DNA of 40,476 nucleotides from Candidatus Aenigmatarchaeota archaeon (GTDB lineage: Archaea > Aenigmatarchaeota > Aenigmatarchaeia > Aenigmatarchaeales > JACQIB01), in the NCBI GenBank assembly GCA_038999215.1, contig JAWABM010000004.1, forward strand, positions 1 through 40,476, given 5' to 3'. Under the pieces are notes generated by a model. The model did no database searches, had not been told where the DNA came from, and was given only the letters and a program-made list of their open reading frames with translations. The translations under genes and the position numbers were made by a program. Of the stretch, positions 17,997 to 27,377 are shown piece after piece (position 1 is the stretch's first letter; every line of letters starts with the position of its first letter).

Positions 17997-19586
17997 ATGG
18001 CCGAAGAGAAAACCGAGCAGAAAGCGCCTGAAGCGCAGGAAAAGAAAGAAATGACAGAAGAGACCGCATACAAGGAGCTCACTGAAAACGACGAATTTTA
18101 CGATTCTTTGGGGCCCAAGGAAAGGGAGACCTATGAGGGCCTGATAAGGAAGTTCTCGGCGCTGAACATCTATAACTTCCTGTCCAAGTTCGTCAACGAG
18201 GACAAGGCGAACGAAAAAACCGACGCGTTCCTGAGGTACGTAAGGAAGAGTAACATAGACCTTAAGGATATGGCTGATTTGGAGAGCGAATACACCGGGC
18301 TGAGCGACGCATACGACGTCTTCGGCGAGAAGGCCTTCAAGGAAGAAAAGTTCTCCTACCTTTACGAACCGGACGAGGAACCGAAGCCTGCGGAACCCGA
18401 GGAGCCGGCTCCCGAAGAGAAGGAGGACGCCGTAGACTGGGGCGAGGAAGCCGTCGAGGAGGACATCGAGGAAATGGAGGAAGAGGCAGAGGAGGAGTTG
18501 CCCGGCGTTCCGAAGATGTACGACCTCAAGAACAAAAACGGCGAGACCATAATGAGCTTCGACCTCAATGCGATCGAGAACGGGAAAACCGAGGCCGCGG
18601 ACGGGTTCACGTACGTGCTGGTCTCGGCCGAAGCGCTCAAGCTGGCGCTGGAAGGCCGCAAGGACATGAAGGTGTCGCCTGTGCTTGAAACCGACGAACT
18701 CGACCAAATAAGGACCATCAGAACGTGTCTTGACGATTACATAAGCAAAATCTACAAAACCGAGGAGCTGAAAGCATGGAGCAAGGTACTCGATACCAAG
18801 AACCTTTGGAAAAAGGAGGCCATGCTGCTCAGCGAAATGCTTGAAGACGTCAAAGAGGATGAATTCGAAAAGCATGCAGAACTCGGCGCGATAAAAAGCG
18901 CAATGAACAAGCTCAAGGCTGTCGAAGGCAGTCCGAAGCTCAAGTACATCTGCGCACATGGCGGAAAGGTCACCATAACGCTTGAAGACATGGCGAAAGA
19001 CCTCGAGGGCATGGCGGAGTCCGGTGATTACGGCAAGTTTGTCGACGCCATAAACGGAAGCATTGCTTTCGCAACCGAGCAGGCGAAAAACATAATGACA
19101 ATCAAGCCGTTCCTGTGGGGCAACGAAAGCGCCGCACAGGAGGCGTCACACGTGGGGAAGGAGCTGCGCCATATCCAGAATAACGAAGCGAAGCTCATCG
19201 AGGACAAAATCCCCGCAAAGCTTTACAAGCAGGTGAAAGATTATGCGCACAGGAGGATCGTTGAAGAGATAATGAAGGACGACGCCTCGATGCAAGCATT
19301 CGAGGAGCGTGTCATAGACGCGCTTCACGACAAACTCAACGCCAAGCACGAGAAGACCGCCGCCTACGTCATAAAGCTCGACAAGCTCGAACCGAAGTTC
19401 AAGAAGGGCAAGGTTTATGCGATAGGAGAAAACGGAGGGAAGGAAAACGTCGACCTGATAGACATCACAAAAACTATGGACCATGAACAGAAGAAAAGCA
19501 TCAAGGAAGCGGCCTACTGCATAGCTGATGTTTTCCATAGCCTTGAAAAGAAGAAGCCGAACGAAGAAGCAGAGAAGGCGGAATGA
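17997..19586 (+). CDS. Hypothetical acidic alpha-helical protein (paralog B) with Glu/Pro-rich linker
   Basis: ATG 17997 (MAEEKTEQK); EPDEEPKPAEPEEPAPEE...EEMEEEAEEE linker; the segment after the linker resembles the 16429 protein. Confidence 0.82.
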   Translation: MAEEKTEQKAPEAQEKKEMTEETAYKELTENDEFYDSLGPKERETYEGLIRKFSALNIYNFLSKFVNEDKANEKTDAFLRYVRKSNIDLKDMADLESEYTGLSDAYDVFGEKAFKEEKFSYLYEPDEEPKPAEPEEPAPEEKEDAVDWGEEAVEEDIEEMEEEAEEELPGVPKMYDLKNKNGETIMSFDLNAIENGKTEAADGFTYVLVSAEALKLALEGRKDMKVSPVLETDELDQIRTIRTCLDDYISKIYKTEELKAWSKVLDTKNLWKKEAMLLSEMLEDVKEDEFEKHAELGAIKSAMNKLKAVEGSPKLKYICAHGGKVTITLEDMAKDLEGMAESGDYGKFVDAINGSIAFATEQAKNIMTIKPFLWGNESAAQEASHVGKELRHIQNNEAKLIEDKIPAKLYKQVKDYAHRRIVEEIMKDDASMQAFEERVIDALHDKLNAKHEKTAAYVIKLDKLEPKFKKGKVYAIGENGGKENVDLIDITKTMDHEQKKSIKEAAYCIADVFHSLEKKKPNEEAEKAE

Positions 19587-19587
19587 T

Positions 19588-21321
19588 ATGGCCAAAGACT
19601 ACGTGATACTGGGACTGAAGAACGCGCAGAAAAGGGCTGCGAAAAGAAGGAAGGGCTACATGCTGCTCGGAGCGGCTGGCGCAATGGTCACAGGAGCAAT
19701 CCTTCTTGCCGAGAAGGAAGCGATAGAAAAAGCGCTCGAAGGCGGGCATGCGGACCTGCCGGAGCACAGCCTGTTCGTGGACCATGACACAGGCTACCTT
19801 GTCAACGAGACGGGCGCACCACACACGATGAAGGACGGCTCGAAGATAAAGTTCGACAATGCAACCGGCGAATACGATATAGAGGGCAAGGACGGCAAGG
19901 AGAAGGCGATAGACGCCGACGACCTGCACAATTATCTTGAAAAGAAGGAGGGCATAGACTTCAACATACTGCCGTACGAGATGGTCGAAGCGCCCGCTGG
20001 CAACGGCCAGGGGACAGCGGACCCGGTGTACCAGTATGAGATGAGCATACCGCACTCCCAGATGCCGAGCTTCGTGAAGCACATGACAGGAAAGAACTTC
20101 GACAGGTTCGCGGGCAAGGAGAAGTCGGGGAGCGGCAAGATAACGGTCAAATACGACCCCGAGACCAAGCTGTTCCGTGGAGACATCATGATTGACGGCG
20201 CGGCAGTTTATGAAAACATCATTGTGGGCTCCGACGAGGGCCTCGAAGGCTTCGAGCACAGCGTGCTCGGAGAGGCGCATGATCACCTTGAGGACGGGAA
20301 GGACGGGGACCACGGCTACAAGCCCTACCTGAAGGAGTTCGTGCACAAGTCGACCATAGACCACATGTCGCACAAGCTCAACGCCGCGAACGAGAAGATA
20401 ACCGAGTATGAGCACATGCTGGATGCGGCCGACAAGGAGGCCGACAACTTCAAGGACGGCAACTGGACAGACATACCAGACAGGATAAAGGAGGCCAACG
20501 AATACATCAAAACGCTCGAAAGCTACCTCAACGACGCCGACAAAGAAGCTGATAAGTACGCCAGCGGCAACTGGTCTGACCTTGACGACAGGATACACGA
20601 CATGCTTGATGAACTCGACAGAATGAAGGACCACATCAAGACGCTTGACGAGAAGTACACGCAGAACTGGAACATGGAGAAGGACCTGTTCGGGCAGGTC
20701 TACGAGCGCCTGACGCCTGAAGAGCAGAAGACACTGCAGGACCAGGGATTCAACATCGGCCTGATGGACGACAACGAAACCAACGGCGAAATGATGAGCG
20801 GAAATGTCCAGATAATCCCGACACAGGACCATTCGTTCGTCTATCTGCAGAAGTCTGACGGTCAGACAATAACGCTCAATGTTTCAAGGGCGCTCGGCGA
20901 GAAGATGGCCAGGACCGCTTACGACTTGAAGGGGACCGATGTGGACCACCACTACGGCTACACGCCGGCGTACCTTTCGGGCCTGGACAGCCACGAGGCC
21001 TTCGTAAAGGCGTGGGAAACTGCAAAGAAAAACCACTGGCACAAGACAATATACAAAACCGACGACGAAGGACAAGAGAACGAAACAGGGGCCATGGACT
21101 TTTACAACCTGCACAGAGGAAGAGGCGTAACGGAATTCGACCAGTTCTCCGAAGCGTGGGAGAACGACAAGATACACTATATCGAGATAGTGGACACAGG
21201 CGACGACGCCGTGAACGGCGGCTATGTCGTGGCCTATGACAAGAACCACAAGATGATGCCGAACACCGCAATATCGATAGATCACATGGAGAGCATAAGG
21301 GAATACTTCCAGGGCAAGTGA
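19588..21321 (+). CDS. Hypothetical N-terminally anchored His/Asp-rich protein with 36-aa tandem repeat
   Basis: ATG 19588, 1 nt after the upstream stop; basic KRAAKRRKG followed by one hydrophobic helix. Confidence 0.82.
   Translation: MAKDYVILGLKNAQKRAAKRRKGYMLLGAAGAMVTGAILLAEKEAIEKALEGGHADLPEHSLFVDHDTGYLVNETGAPHTMKDGSKIKFDNATGEYDIEGKDGKEKAIDADDLHNYLEKKEGIDFNILPYEMVEAPAGNGQGTADPVYQYEMSIPHSQMPSFVKHMTGKNFDRFAGKEKSGSGKITVKYDPETKLFRGDIMIDGAAVYENIIVGSDEGLEGFEHSVLGEAHDHLEDGKDGDHGYKPYLKEFVHKSTIDHMSHKLNAANEKITEYEHMLDAADKEADNFKDGNWTDIPDRIKEANEYIKTLESYLNDADKEADKYASGNWSDLDDRIHDMLDELDRMKDHIKTLDEKYTQNWNMEKDLFGQVYERLTPEEQKTLQDQGFNIGLMDDNETNGEMMSGNVQIIPTQDHSFVYLQKSDGQTITLNVSRALGEKMARTAYDLKGTDVDHHYGYTPAYLSGLDSHEAFVKAWETAKKNHWHKTIYKTDDEGQENETGAMDFYNLHRGRGVTEFDQFSEAWENDKIHYIEIVDTGDDAVNGGYVVAYDKNHKMMPNTAISIDHMESIREYFQGK
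20386..20601 (+). repeat. Two diverged 108-nt (36-aa) tandem repeats
   Basis: ANEKITEYEHMLDAADKEADNFKDGNWTDIPDRIKE / ANEYIKTLESYLNDADKEADKYASGNWSDLDDRIHD. Confidence 0.85.
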
Positions 21322-24300
21322 TGATGATGAAAGGTCTCAAGGGGTTGCAGGAGAAGCTGGTTTCGGTGTCGATACTGGTAGCCGTGCTGCTCGCTGCGCT
21401 GCCGGTCCTTGCCGTCGACTCTCACCTTGTCAAGTTCAGGGTGTACGACTACGGTACGGACAAAGACGTCTATTCGGCGTACATGCTCGTCAAGGACTCC
21501 GGTGGAAGCGTGATCAAGGGCCCAGTCTACGGAAAGAAGAGCTGGTCCTGGGACATAAGCAACGGGAACGACTACAAGGTCGTCGTGTACAATAACTCCT
21601 ACAACCTTTTCGAATACACTTTCGACCTCACGGCAGGCATGAGCAGCAACGTGACGTACGATGTTGGCCTTGAGGCCGACAAGAGCGCTCCAAAGACCGC
21701 AGCGACGGCAAGCGCGTCCGACTGGACGAACCAGAATGTGCAGATAACGCTCAGCTGCAGCGACCCGGCGACGAACAGCAACGCCTTCAACGAGGCCGGC
21801 ACTGGCTCTGGCTGCGACAAGACCTATTACAAGATAGGAAACGGCAACTGGGACACCTACAGCTCCGCATTCTCGGTTCAGGCAGAAGGCACAAGCACGG
21901 TCTCATATTACTCCGCTGACAACGCCACAAACACCGAGCAAACCAAGACGCTGACCGTCAAGATAGACAAGACAGCGCCTTCGACCGCGATAAGCCTCAG
22001 CCCGGCGAACCCGGACGGCAAGAACGGATGGTATGTGTCGGAGGTCACCGTGACGCTCACGTGCAGCGATTCGCTGTCCGGATGCGACAAGACCTACTAC
22101 AGGGTGGACGGCGGCATAGAAAAGGAGTATAGCGCTCCGTTCAAGATATCAGCTGACGGCCAGCACACTATCGATTATCGCTCAAAGGACAAGGTCGGCA
22201 ACATTGAGAACTGGCACATACAGAGCGGAATAAACATCGACATGACAAATCCGCAGGCCTCAAATGAGAACGCCAACCCGGCAAGCCCCGCCGAATACTC
22301 GCAGGAAGGAACGTACACGTTCAGCATGGATTGGAACGACGCGCTGTCAGGCGTCGACACAGTGAAATTCATTTTCAACGGAAAGGAATATTCGCCCACG
22401 GCGGCAGATTCCACGTACTCCTACCAGATGACAGACCTTGCTGTAGGCATCTACAAGTACAAGTGGACGGCGACGGACAAGGCCGGAAGCAAGGCTGAGA
22501 CCGCCGAGAAGACATACACAATAAGCAAGGCAAATCCGGCAGCCTACATGCACCTTGCGCTCGAGGGCAGCGAAGGCAATGCCACAGCGACATACCCAGC
22601 CACGACCAACGCAACCGGCTGGCACAGCTTCGCGAATGCCCAGGACCTCACGTTCAAGCTGCTCAGGGACGATGTACAGGTCGGCACAGGCAGCCCAGCG
22701 ACTGAAAGCATGGAGCTTGCGGCCGGGAAGTACAAGTATACTTATCACACCGACGGTGGAGCAAACTACACAGCAGGAGACATAACGTTCTATCTGGCAG
22801 TGAACAAAGGAACGCCCACCGGTTCGGTCATTTTCGCAAGCAACCCGATAGACTACGGGACAGCTGCGGGCGTCACATGCTCAGCAAGCAACGGCCTCGG
22901 CTACACGCTGTACAGGAACGGCACGGCAGTGGGTCAGTCGGACAGCACGGTGCTCGCCGCAGGCTCCTACAATTACACGTGCGTTGTGGACGGCAACCAG
23001 AACTACACAGCCGCGACCGCAGAAGGCACGCTCGTTGTCAATAGGATAGCTCCGACGATACACCTGGCGATAAACGGCAATGAGGCGGACGGAAGCCAGG
23101 ACTACAAGGCGTCGGGCCTGAACATAACCGGCTGGATAGAGAAAGGCGAGGGCGCGGCGAAGCTGTACCTTGACGGGACAGAAGTGAGCAATCCCTACTC
23201 GAGCGCTGGCCTGGCAGCAGGCAAATATGAGGTCAATTACACTTATGCGCAATCGGAAAACTACACAGAATTCACAGTGACGAGGACCCTTACCATAAAC
23301 AAGATAGCGCCCAAGCTCAAGCTCGAGCTGAACGGCATCGAAGGGGATGTAAACGTCAACTACCTTGATCCGCTTAACATCACGGGAAGCGTAATCGAAG
23401 GAGACAGCGGGGCAACGGCAACGCTCTACAGGGACGGCGCATCTGTGGCCAACCCCGACACCGCGGCTCTCGGCGGAGGCAACTACAAGTACGAGTTCAA
23501 CTACACGGCATCGGAAAACTACACCGACGCCTCGGTATCGCACACTCTCATAATCAACAAGATCGGAAACCCCGTATGGATGCTGCTCAACGGGAACGCG
23601 GCTGACGCCGACCTTGTATACGAGGATAAGCTGAACGTCACTGCCGGAGCGGCAGCCGGAACAGTAAGCGTCTTCAGGAACGGGACCGACGTCACGAGCG
23701 AACTCGGCACTGACGTAGTGCTCGCAGCTGGCGACTATGTTTACTTCGTGAACGCCACAGGAAACGAGAACTACACGGACAACGCAACTGGAATGACATT
23801 CAATGTGCACGTCGGCAAGAAGGCCACGACAATGAGGCTCTGGCTGAACGGCACGGAAGGCAACAGGACGTACGCCATCAACGACATGGCGAACTTCACT
23901 GCGGCGCTCGACGTCGCTGGGAAGGTTATAGTACTCAACTACTGCAGCGGAGGCCAGGTGGCCGCTAGCCCGATAGAGGCCAGCGTGAAGCTCGATGAGG
24001 AAAGAGACTATGAAATCAAGGCCTACTGGGACGGGGATGAGAACTACACTGGCAGCTCCGTGACCTATTGGGCAAAGGTTCCCGACACGACAGCTCCGAC
24101 AATAACCGTTGTCAGCCCGACGAACACTACCTATCAGACCAACACAATATGGGCAAACGCGACAATGGATGACGACGGCGGCTGGATGAAAGTGAACGTT
24201 GACGGAACGAACTACAGCCTTACGAACGACACGGGCAGCTGGAACCGCCTGATGACGCTCGCGATTGGCGTGCACACTGCCAAGTTCTATGCCGCTGACG

Positions 24301-26213
24301 AGGCGGGCAACGAGAACGCCAGCGACGTGATAACGTTCACGATACCCTGCCTGAGCCACATAGTGAACACCACGGTGGACGGCACGTACTACGCGGACAG
24401 CTGGCTGAACATCAACGCGTCCAGCGTGATAACATGCTCTGCGGTAAGCCACTCCGTCATAAGGACGAGCACGATAATCAATTCAACGGTGATAAGGAAG
24501 GACCTCACGAACATGTACATAGAGGAATCGTACGTCGACCCGAACTACACGATACCGTCGGAGAACTCGGTGATAAAGGGCAACTCCAACATCGACACAT
24601 CATCGATAAGGAACTCGACAGTCGAGGACCACTCGAATGTCACGTACTCCGAAGTCGTGAACTCGACGGTAAGCGCATCGAACGTCCACTGGTCCGACAT
24701 ATGGTACAGCTACATACTCAGGTCCACAGTGAAGTATTCCTGGATAGAGAACTCCAACGTGACCGACTCTTACGTAGAGAACAGCACCGTGAAGAACTCG
24801 AACGTGATAAACAGCACGATACTGTTCTCATGGATAGAGAACATGACCGTCATAAACGCCTACATAGACCACGACTACATGTACAACGGAACCATCACCT
24901 ACAACGGGACCAACTACACGACCCCGACGAATCTGACCGAACTGTACAAGAACGCGGACAATGAGGCGCCAATGATAGGCACCATAACGTTCTCCAACAG
25001 CACGCCGGCGCCGGGAGACACTGTGAACGTGACCATAACGGCCACTGACAACGTCGCGGTTGCCAGCGTGACCTTCAACGGAACAGCCTTCACGTACGTT
25101 CCGAACACATACACGACATGGGTCGGAGCCTACGCGATACCGTCTGCTGACGGGACGTACAGCTTCGACGCGGTAGCGACTGACTACGCGGGCAACCAGG
25201 GCAACAGGACCGTCTGGATAATTGTCAACAACTCAAGCACGCCGCAGGTCGAGATAGACGCCAACCCGCCGGTTGTCGGAACGATAAGCCCGACAGCGAT
25301 AACAATAGGAAGCCCGCAGACCCTGTCGGCGGCCGTCTCAGACGACACCGGCGTGGTCAGCTGCCAGCTCTACATCGACAACGTCCTCATAGGAAGCATG
25401 AGCGGAACCCCGGTCAAGAGCGGAACTGTGGCATACCTTCACAATTTCACCGCAACCGGAACATACAAGGCCTTCGCAAGCTGCACTGACAAGGCGAACA
25501 GGACAACGAACGGAACAGCTGTTGACATCGTAGTAAGCGAGCCTGTGATACCGCCGGGATGGGGCGGAGGACCGGGAACAGGCCTGCCGTTCTCGATAGC
25601 ATCGGGCGCAATGAGGATATCGGTGCCCGTCAAAATGGCGGCGGACGCCGGGAAGGCCGTGACGTTCACGGTCGACGTGGAAAACACCGGAAAGATGACG
25701 CTGACCGGAGTCGTGATATCCGTTTCGGGCGTGCCCGATGAATGGGTGACGGTAACGCCTGACAAGAACGACATAGCTCCGAACAGAACAGCGACCTACA
25801 CCGTCGTTATAAGCGTGCCTTCGAACGAACCGACAGGAAGGAAGGACATCGTGATAAAGGCCAGAAGCGCAGAGAACTACGCAGCCGAAGCAGGCACATC
25901 GCTGGAGATAATCAACCCCAACACCGCATGCAGCTGCCCGGCGCCCTCGGACTGGAACGACTGCGTGAACGGCGAGCAGACCAGGACAAACTACCTGTGC
26001 GACGTGACAACAGGCTGGATATGCAAGGAGTTCGAGGAGAAAAGGGCCTGCACCGTGCAGGGACCCGGCGGGATAACCGGTGCTGTCCTCGGGTTCATAG
26101 GCAACCCGACATCGCTCGGAATATCCATAATCGTCCTGATAGTGGCAGGATACGCCATCTGGTCGATGAGAAAAGGCAAGGCGCCAAAGGCAAAAGAAAA
26201 GCTAGGGATCTAA
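21318..26213 (+). CDS. Large cell-surface glycoprotein (Ig-like repeats, beta-solenoid, NEW3-like domain, C-terminal TM anchor)
   Basis: Signal peptide, DxxAP domain boundaries, paired SGCDKTYY domains, LAAGxY...NYT repeats, many N-x-S/T sequons, GITGAV + TM + basic tail. Start is GTG 21318 or ATG 21321-21327. Confidence 0.9.
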   Translation: MMMMKGLKGLQEKLVSVSILVAVLLAALPVLAVDSHLVKFRVYDYGTDKDVYSAYMLVKDSGGSVIKGPVYGKKSWSWDISNGNDYKVVVYNNSYNLFEYTFDLTAGMSSNVTYDVGLEADKSAPKTAATASASDWTNQNVQITLSCSDPATNSNAFNEAGTGSGCDKTYYKIGNGNWDTYSSAFSVQAEGTSTVSYYSADNATNTEQTKTLTVKIDKTAPSTAISLSPANPDGKNGWYVSEVTVTLTCSDSLSGCDKTYYRVDGGIEKEYSAPFKISADGQHTIDYRSKDKVGNIENWHIQSGINIDMTNPQASNENANPASPAEYSQEGTYTFSMDWNDALSGVDTVKFIFNGKEYSPTAADSTYSYQMTDLAVGIYKYKWTATDKAGSKAETAEKTYTISKANPAAYMHLALEGSEGNATATYPATTNATGWHSFANAQDLTFKLLRDDVQVGTGSPATESMELAAGKYKYTYHTDGGANYTAGDITFYLAVNKGTPTGSVIFASNPIDYGTAAGVTCSASNGLGYTLYRNGTAVGQSDSTVLAAGSYNYTCVVDGNQNYTAATAEGTLVVNRIAPTIHLAINGNEADGSQDYKASGLNITGWIEKGEGAAKLYLDGTEVSNPYSSAGLAAGKYEVNYTYAQSENYTEFTVTRTLTINKIAPKLKLELNGIEGDVNVNYLDPLNITGSVIEGDSGATATLYRDGASVANPDTAALGGGNYKYEFNYTASENYTDASVSHTLIINKIGNPVWMLLNGNAADADLVYEDKLNVTAGAAAGTVSVFRNGTDVTSELGTDVVLAAGDYVYFVNATGNENYTDNATGMTFNVHVGKKATTMRLWLNGTEGNRTYAINDMANFTAALDVAGKVIVLNYCSGGQVAASPIEASVKLDEERDYEIKAYWDGDENYTGSSVTYWAKVPDTTAPTITVVSPTNTTYQTNTIWANATMDDDGGWMKVNVDGTNYSLTNDTGSWNRLMTLAIGVHTAKFYAADEAGNENASDVITFTIPCLSHIVNTTVDGTYYADSWLNINASSVITCSAVSHSVIRTSTIINSTVIRKDLTNMYIEESYVDPNYTIPSENSVIKGNSNIDTSSIRNSTVEDHSNVTYSEVVNSTVSASNVHWSDIWYSYILRSTVKYSWIENSNVTDSYVENSTVKNSNVINSTILFSWIENMTVINAYIDHDYMYNGTITYNGTNYTTPTNLTELYKNADNEAPMIGTITFSNSTPAPGDTVNVTITATDNVAVASVTFNGTAFTYVPNTYTTWVGAYAIPSADGTYSFDAVATDYAGNQGNRTVWIIVNNSSTPQVEIDANPPVVGTISPTAITIGSPQTLSAAVSDDTGVVSCQLYIDNVLIGSMSGTPVKSGTVAYLHNFTATGTYKAFASCTDKANRTTNGTAVDIVVSEPVIPPGWGGGPGTGLPFSIASGAMRISVPVKMAADAGKAVTFTVDVENTGKMTLTGVVISVSGVPDEWVTVTPDKNDIAPNRTATYTVVISVPSNEPTGRKDIVIKARSAENYAAEAGTSLEIINPNTACSCPAPSDWNDCVNGEQTRTNYLCDVTTGWICKEFEEKRACTVQGPGGITGAVLGFIGNPTSLGISIIVLIVAGYAIWSMRKGKAPKAKEKLGI

Positions 26214-26863
26214 AATTCGCCTAGCTTTTTCTGCTTCTTTTTGCCCTTCAGAACTTCCACCGTAACCCAACTGTGGCGTATGAACTTCGAGAATTCCGGA
26301 TGGTTCATGGCCGACTTCACGAACGCTATCGTGCGCTCGTCGTGCGGATAGCCCACGCCGAAATCGAACTTGACCCTTTTCTTTATCTCCTCTATCTCCG
26401 CGTCCCGCTCGACCTTGGCGATTATCGAGGCGGCCGAGACTATCGGATACTTTACGTCGGCCTTGTTCTCGGCCCTTATCTGTGTATGGTTTTTTGCCAT
26501 GTTCAGAAGCGTGCTCGCGAACTTCTCCGTGGTCACCTGCGGCGAGTCTACTATGGCCCTGTCGGCGCCGGCCTGCTTTATTATCCTGGCCATGGCTTCG
26601 GCCTCTATGATGTTCAGGTTCTTCTGCTCGCGCAGCCGGTCGATTTCCTGCGCAGCGATCTTGATAGTTATGAAGCCCTTCAGCACCTTCTTGAGCTCAG
26701 CGTAAAGCTCCTCGCGGCGCTTCGGAGCAAGCAGCTTGCTGTCCTTGACACCGAGCGCCTTCAGCTTGGGCAGGTCCTTCTCATCTATCCAAGCGCCAGC
26801 GACAACTAGCGGACCGACGACCGAACCGCGGCCGGCCTCATCTATGCCGATTATCACAGCCAT
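26210..26863 (-). CDS. rnhB: Ribonuclease HII
   Basis: GIDEAGRG.V.GP, VKDSK, ENKAD, VSAASIIAKV.RD, GVGYP.D; C-terminal PIP-like QKKLGEF. Confidence 0.97.
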   Translation of the reverse strand: MAVIIGIDEAGRGSVVGPLVVAGAWIDEKDLPKLKALGVKDSKLLAPKRREELYAELKKVLKGFITIKIAAQEIDRLREQKNLNIIEAEAMARIIKQAGADRAIVDSPQVTTEKFASTLLNMAKNHTQIRAENKADVKYPIVSAASIIAKVERDAEIEEIKKRVKFDFGVGYPHDERTIAFVKSAMNHPEFSKFIRHSWVTVEVLKGKKKQKKLGEF

Positions 26864-26893
26864 GAGAAATAATATGGCGCGGCCGTATAAAAA

Positions 26894-27319
26894 CTACGTC
26901 TTCTCGCCTGCTTCGCCCCTCTCCCAGACCTCATGGGGAAGGCCAGAATACACGTTCTCCTCCTCAACAGGCTTTGACTCTTTCTTGGCGCTGTTCAGCT
27001 TCCTGATATTGCTTATCTTTAGGGTCCAATGGTACACCCTCCAAATCTTCTGGCCGCCGGCAGGCGTCAGCGGCAGGCCCTCATATCTGCGGGGGAAGGT
27101 CTCCTCCCAGCCCCACTCTCCCTTCAATATGCCGTCGTCCTCAAGCTTCCAGAAAAGGTCCCTTTCTTCCGTATCGATGTTGTTGTCAAGAATCGTGTCA
27201 GAATAGCCGAAATAATTCATGATGATAGCGGCGTATTCGTCCGATGTCTTCCTGTCATAACCCTTCCTCATCAGCGCCGACATGAGCTCATCAAACCTTA
27301 GCACGACCGGTTCGCTCAT
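26894..27319 (-). CDS. Conserved archaeal hypothetical, DUF6015-like winged-helix protein
   Basis: NYFGYSDTILDNNIDTEERDLFWKLEDDGIL, WRVYHW, VYSGLPHEVWER resemble DUF6015 as recalled; not searched. Confidence 0.65.
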   Translation of the reverse strand: MSEPVVLRFDELMSALMRKGYDRKTSDEYAAIIMNYFGYSDTILDNNIDTEERDLFWKLEDDGILKGEWGWEETFPRRYEGLPLTPAGGQKIWRVYHWTLKISNIRKLNSAKKESKPVEEENVYSGLPHEVWERGEAGEKT

Positions 27320-27377
27320 GCCAATTCTTTGTAGAAAGAAACGTTTAAATGGCTTCGGAAGCAGTTCGGCAATTGCT

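Noticed and set aside
22881..24452. 523-aa antisense ORF (likewise 19501-20832, 17964-18959, 16696-17469)
   Set aside because: Val/Arg-rich shadows of well-supported plus-strand genes, with no motifs.
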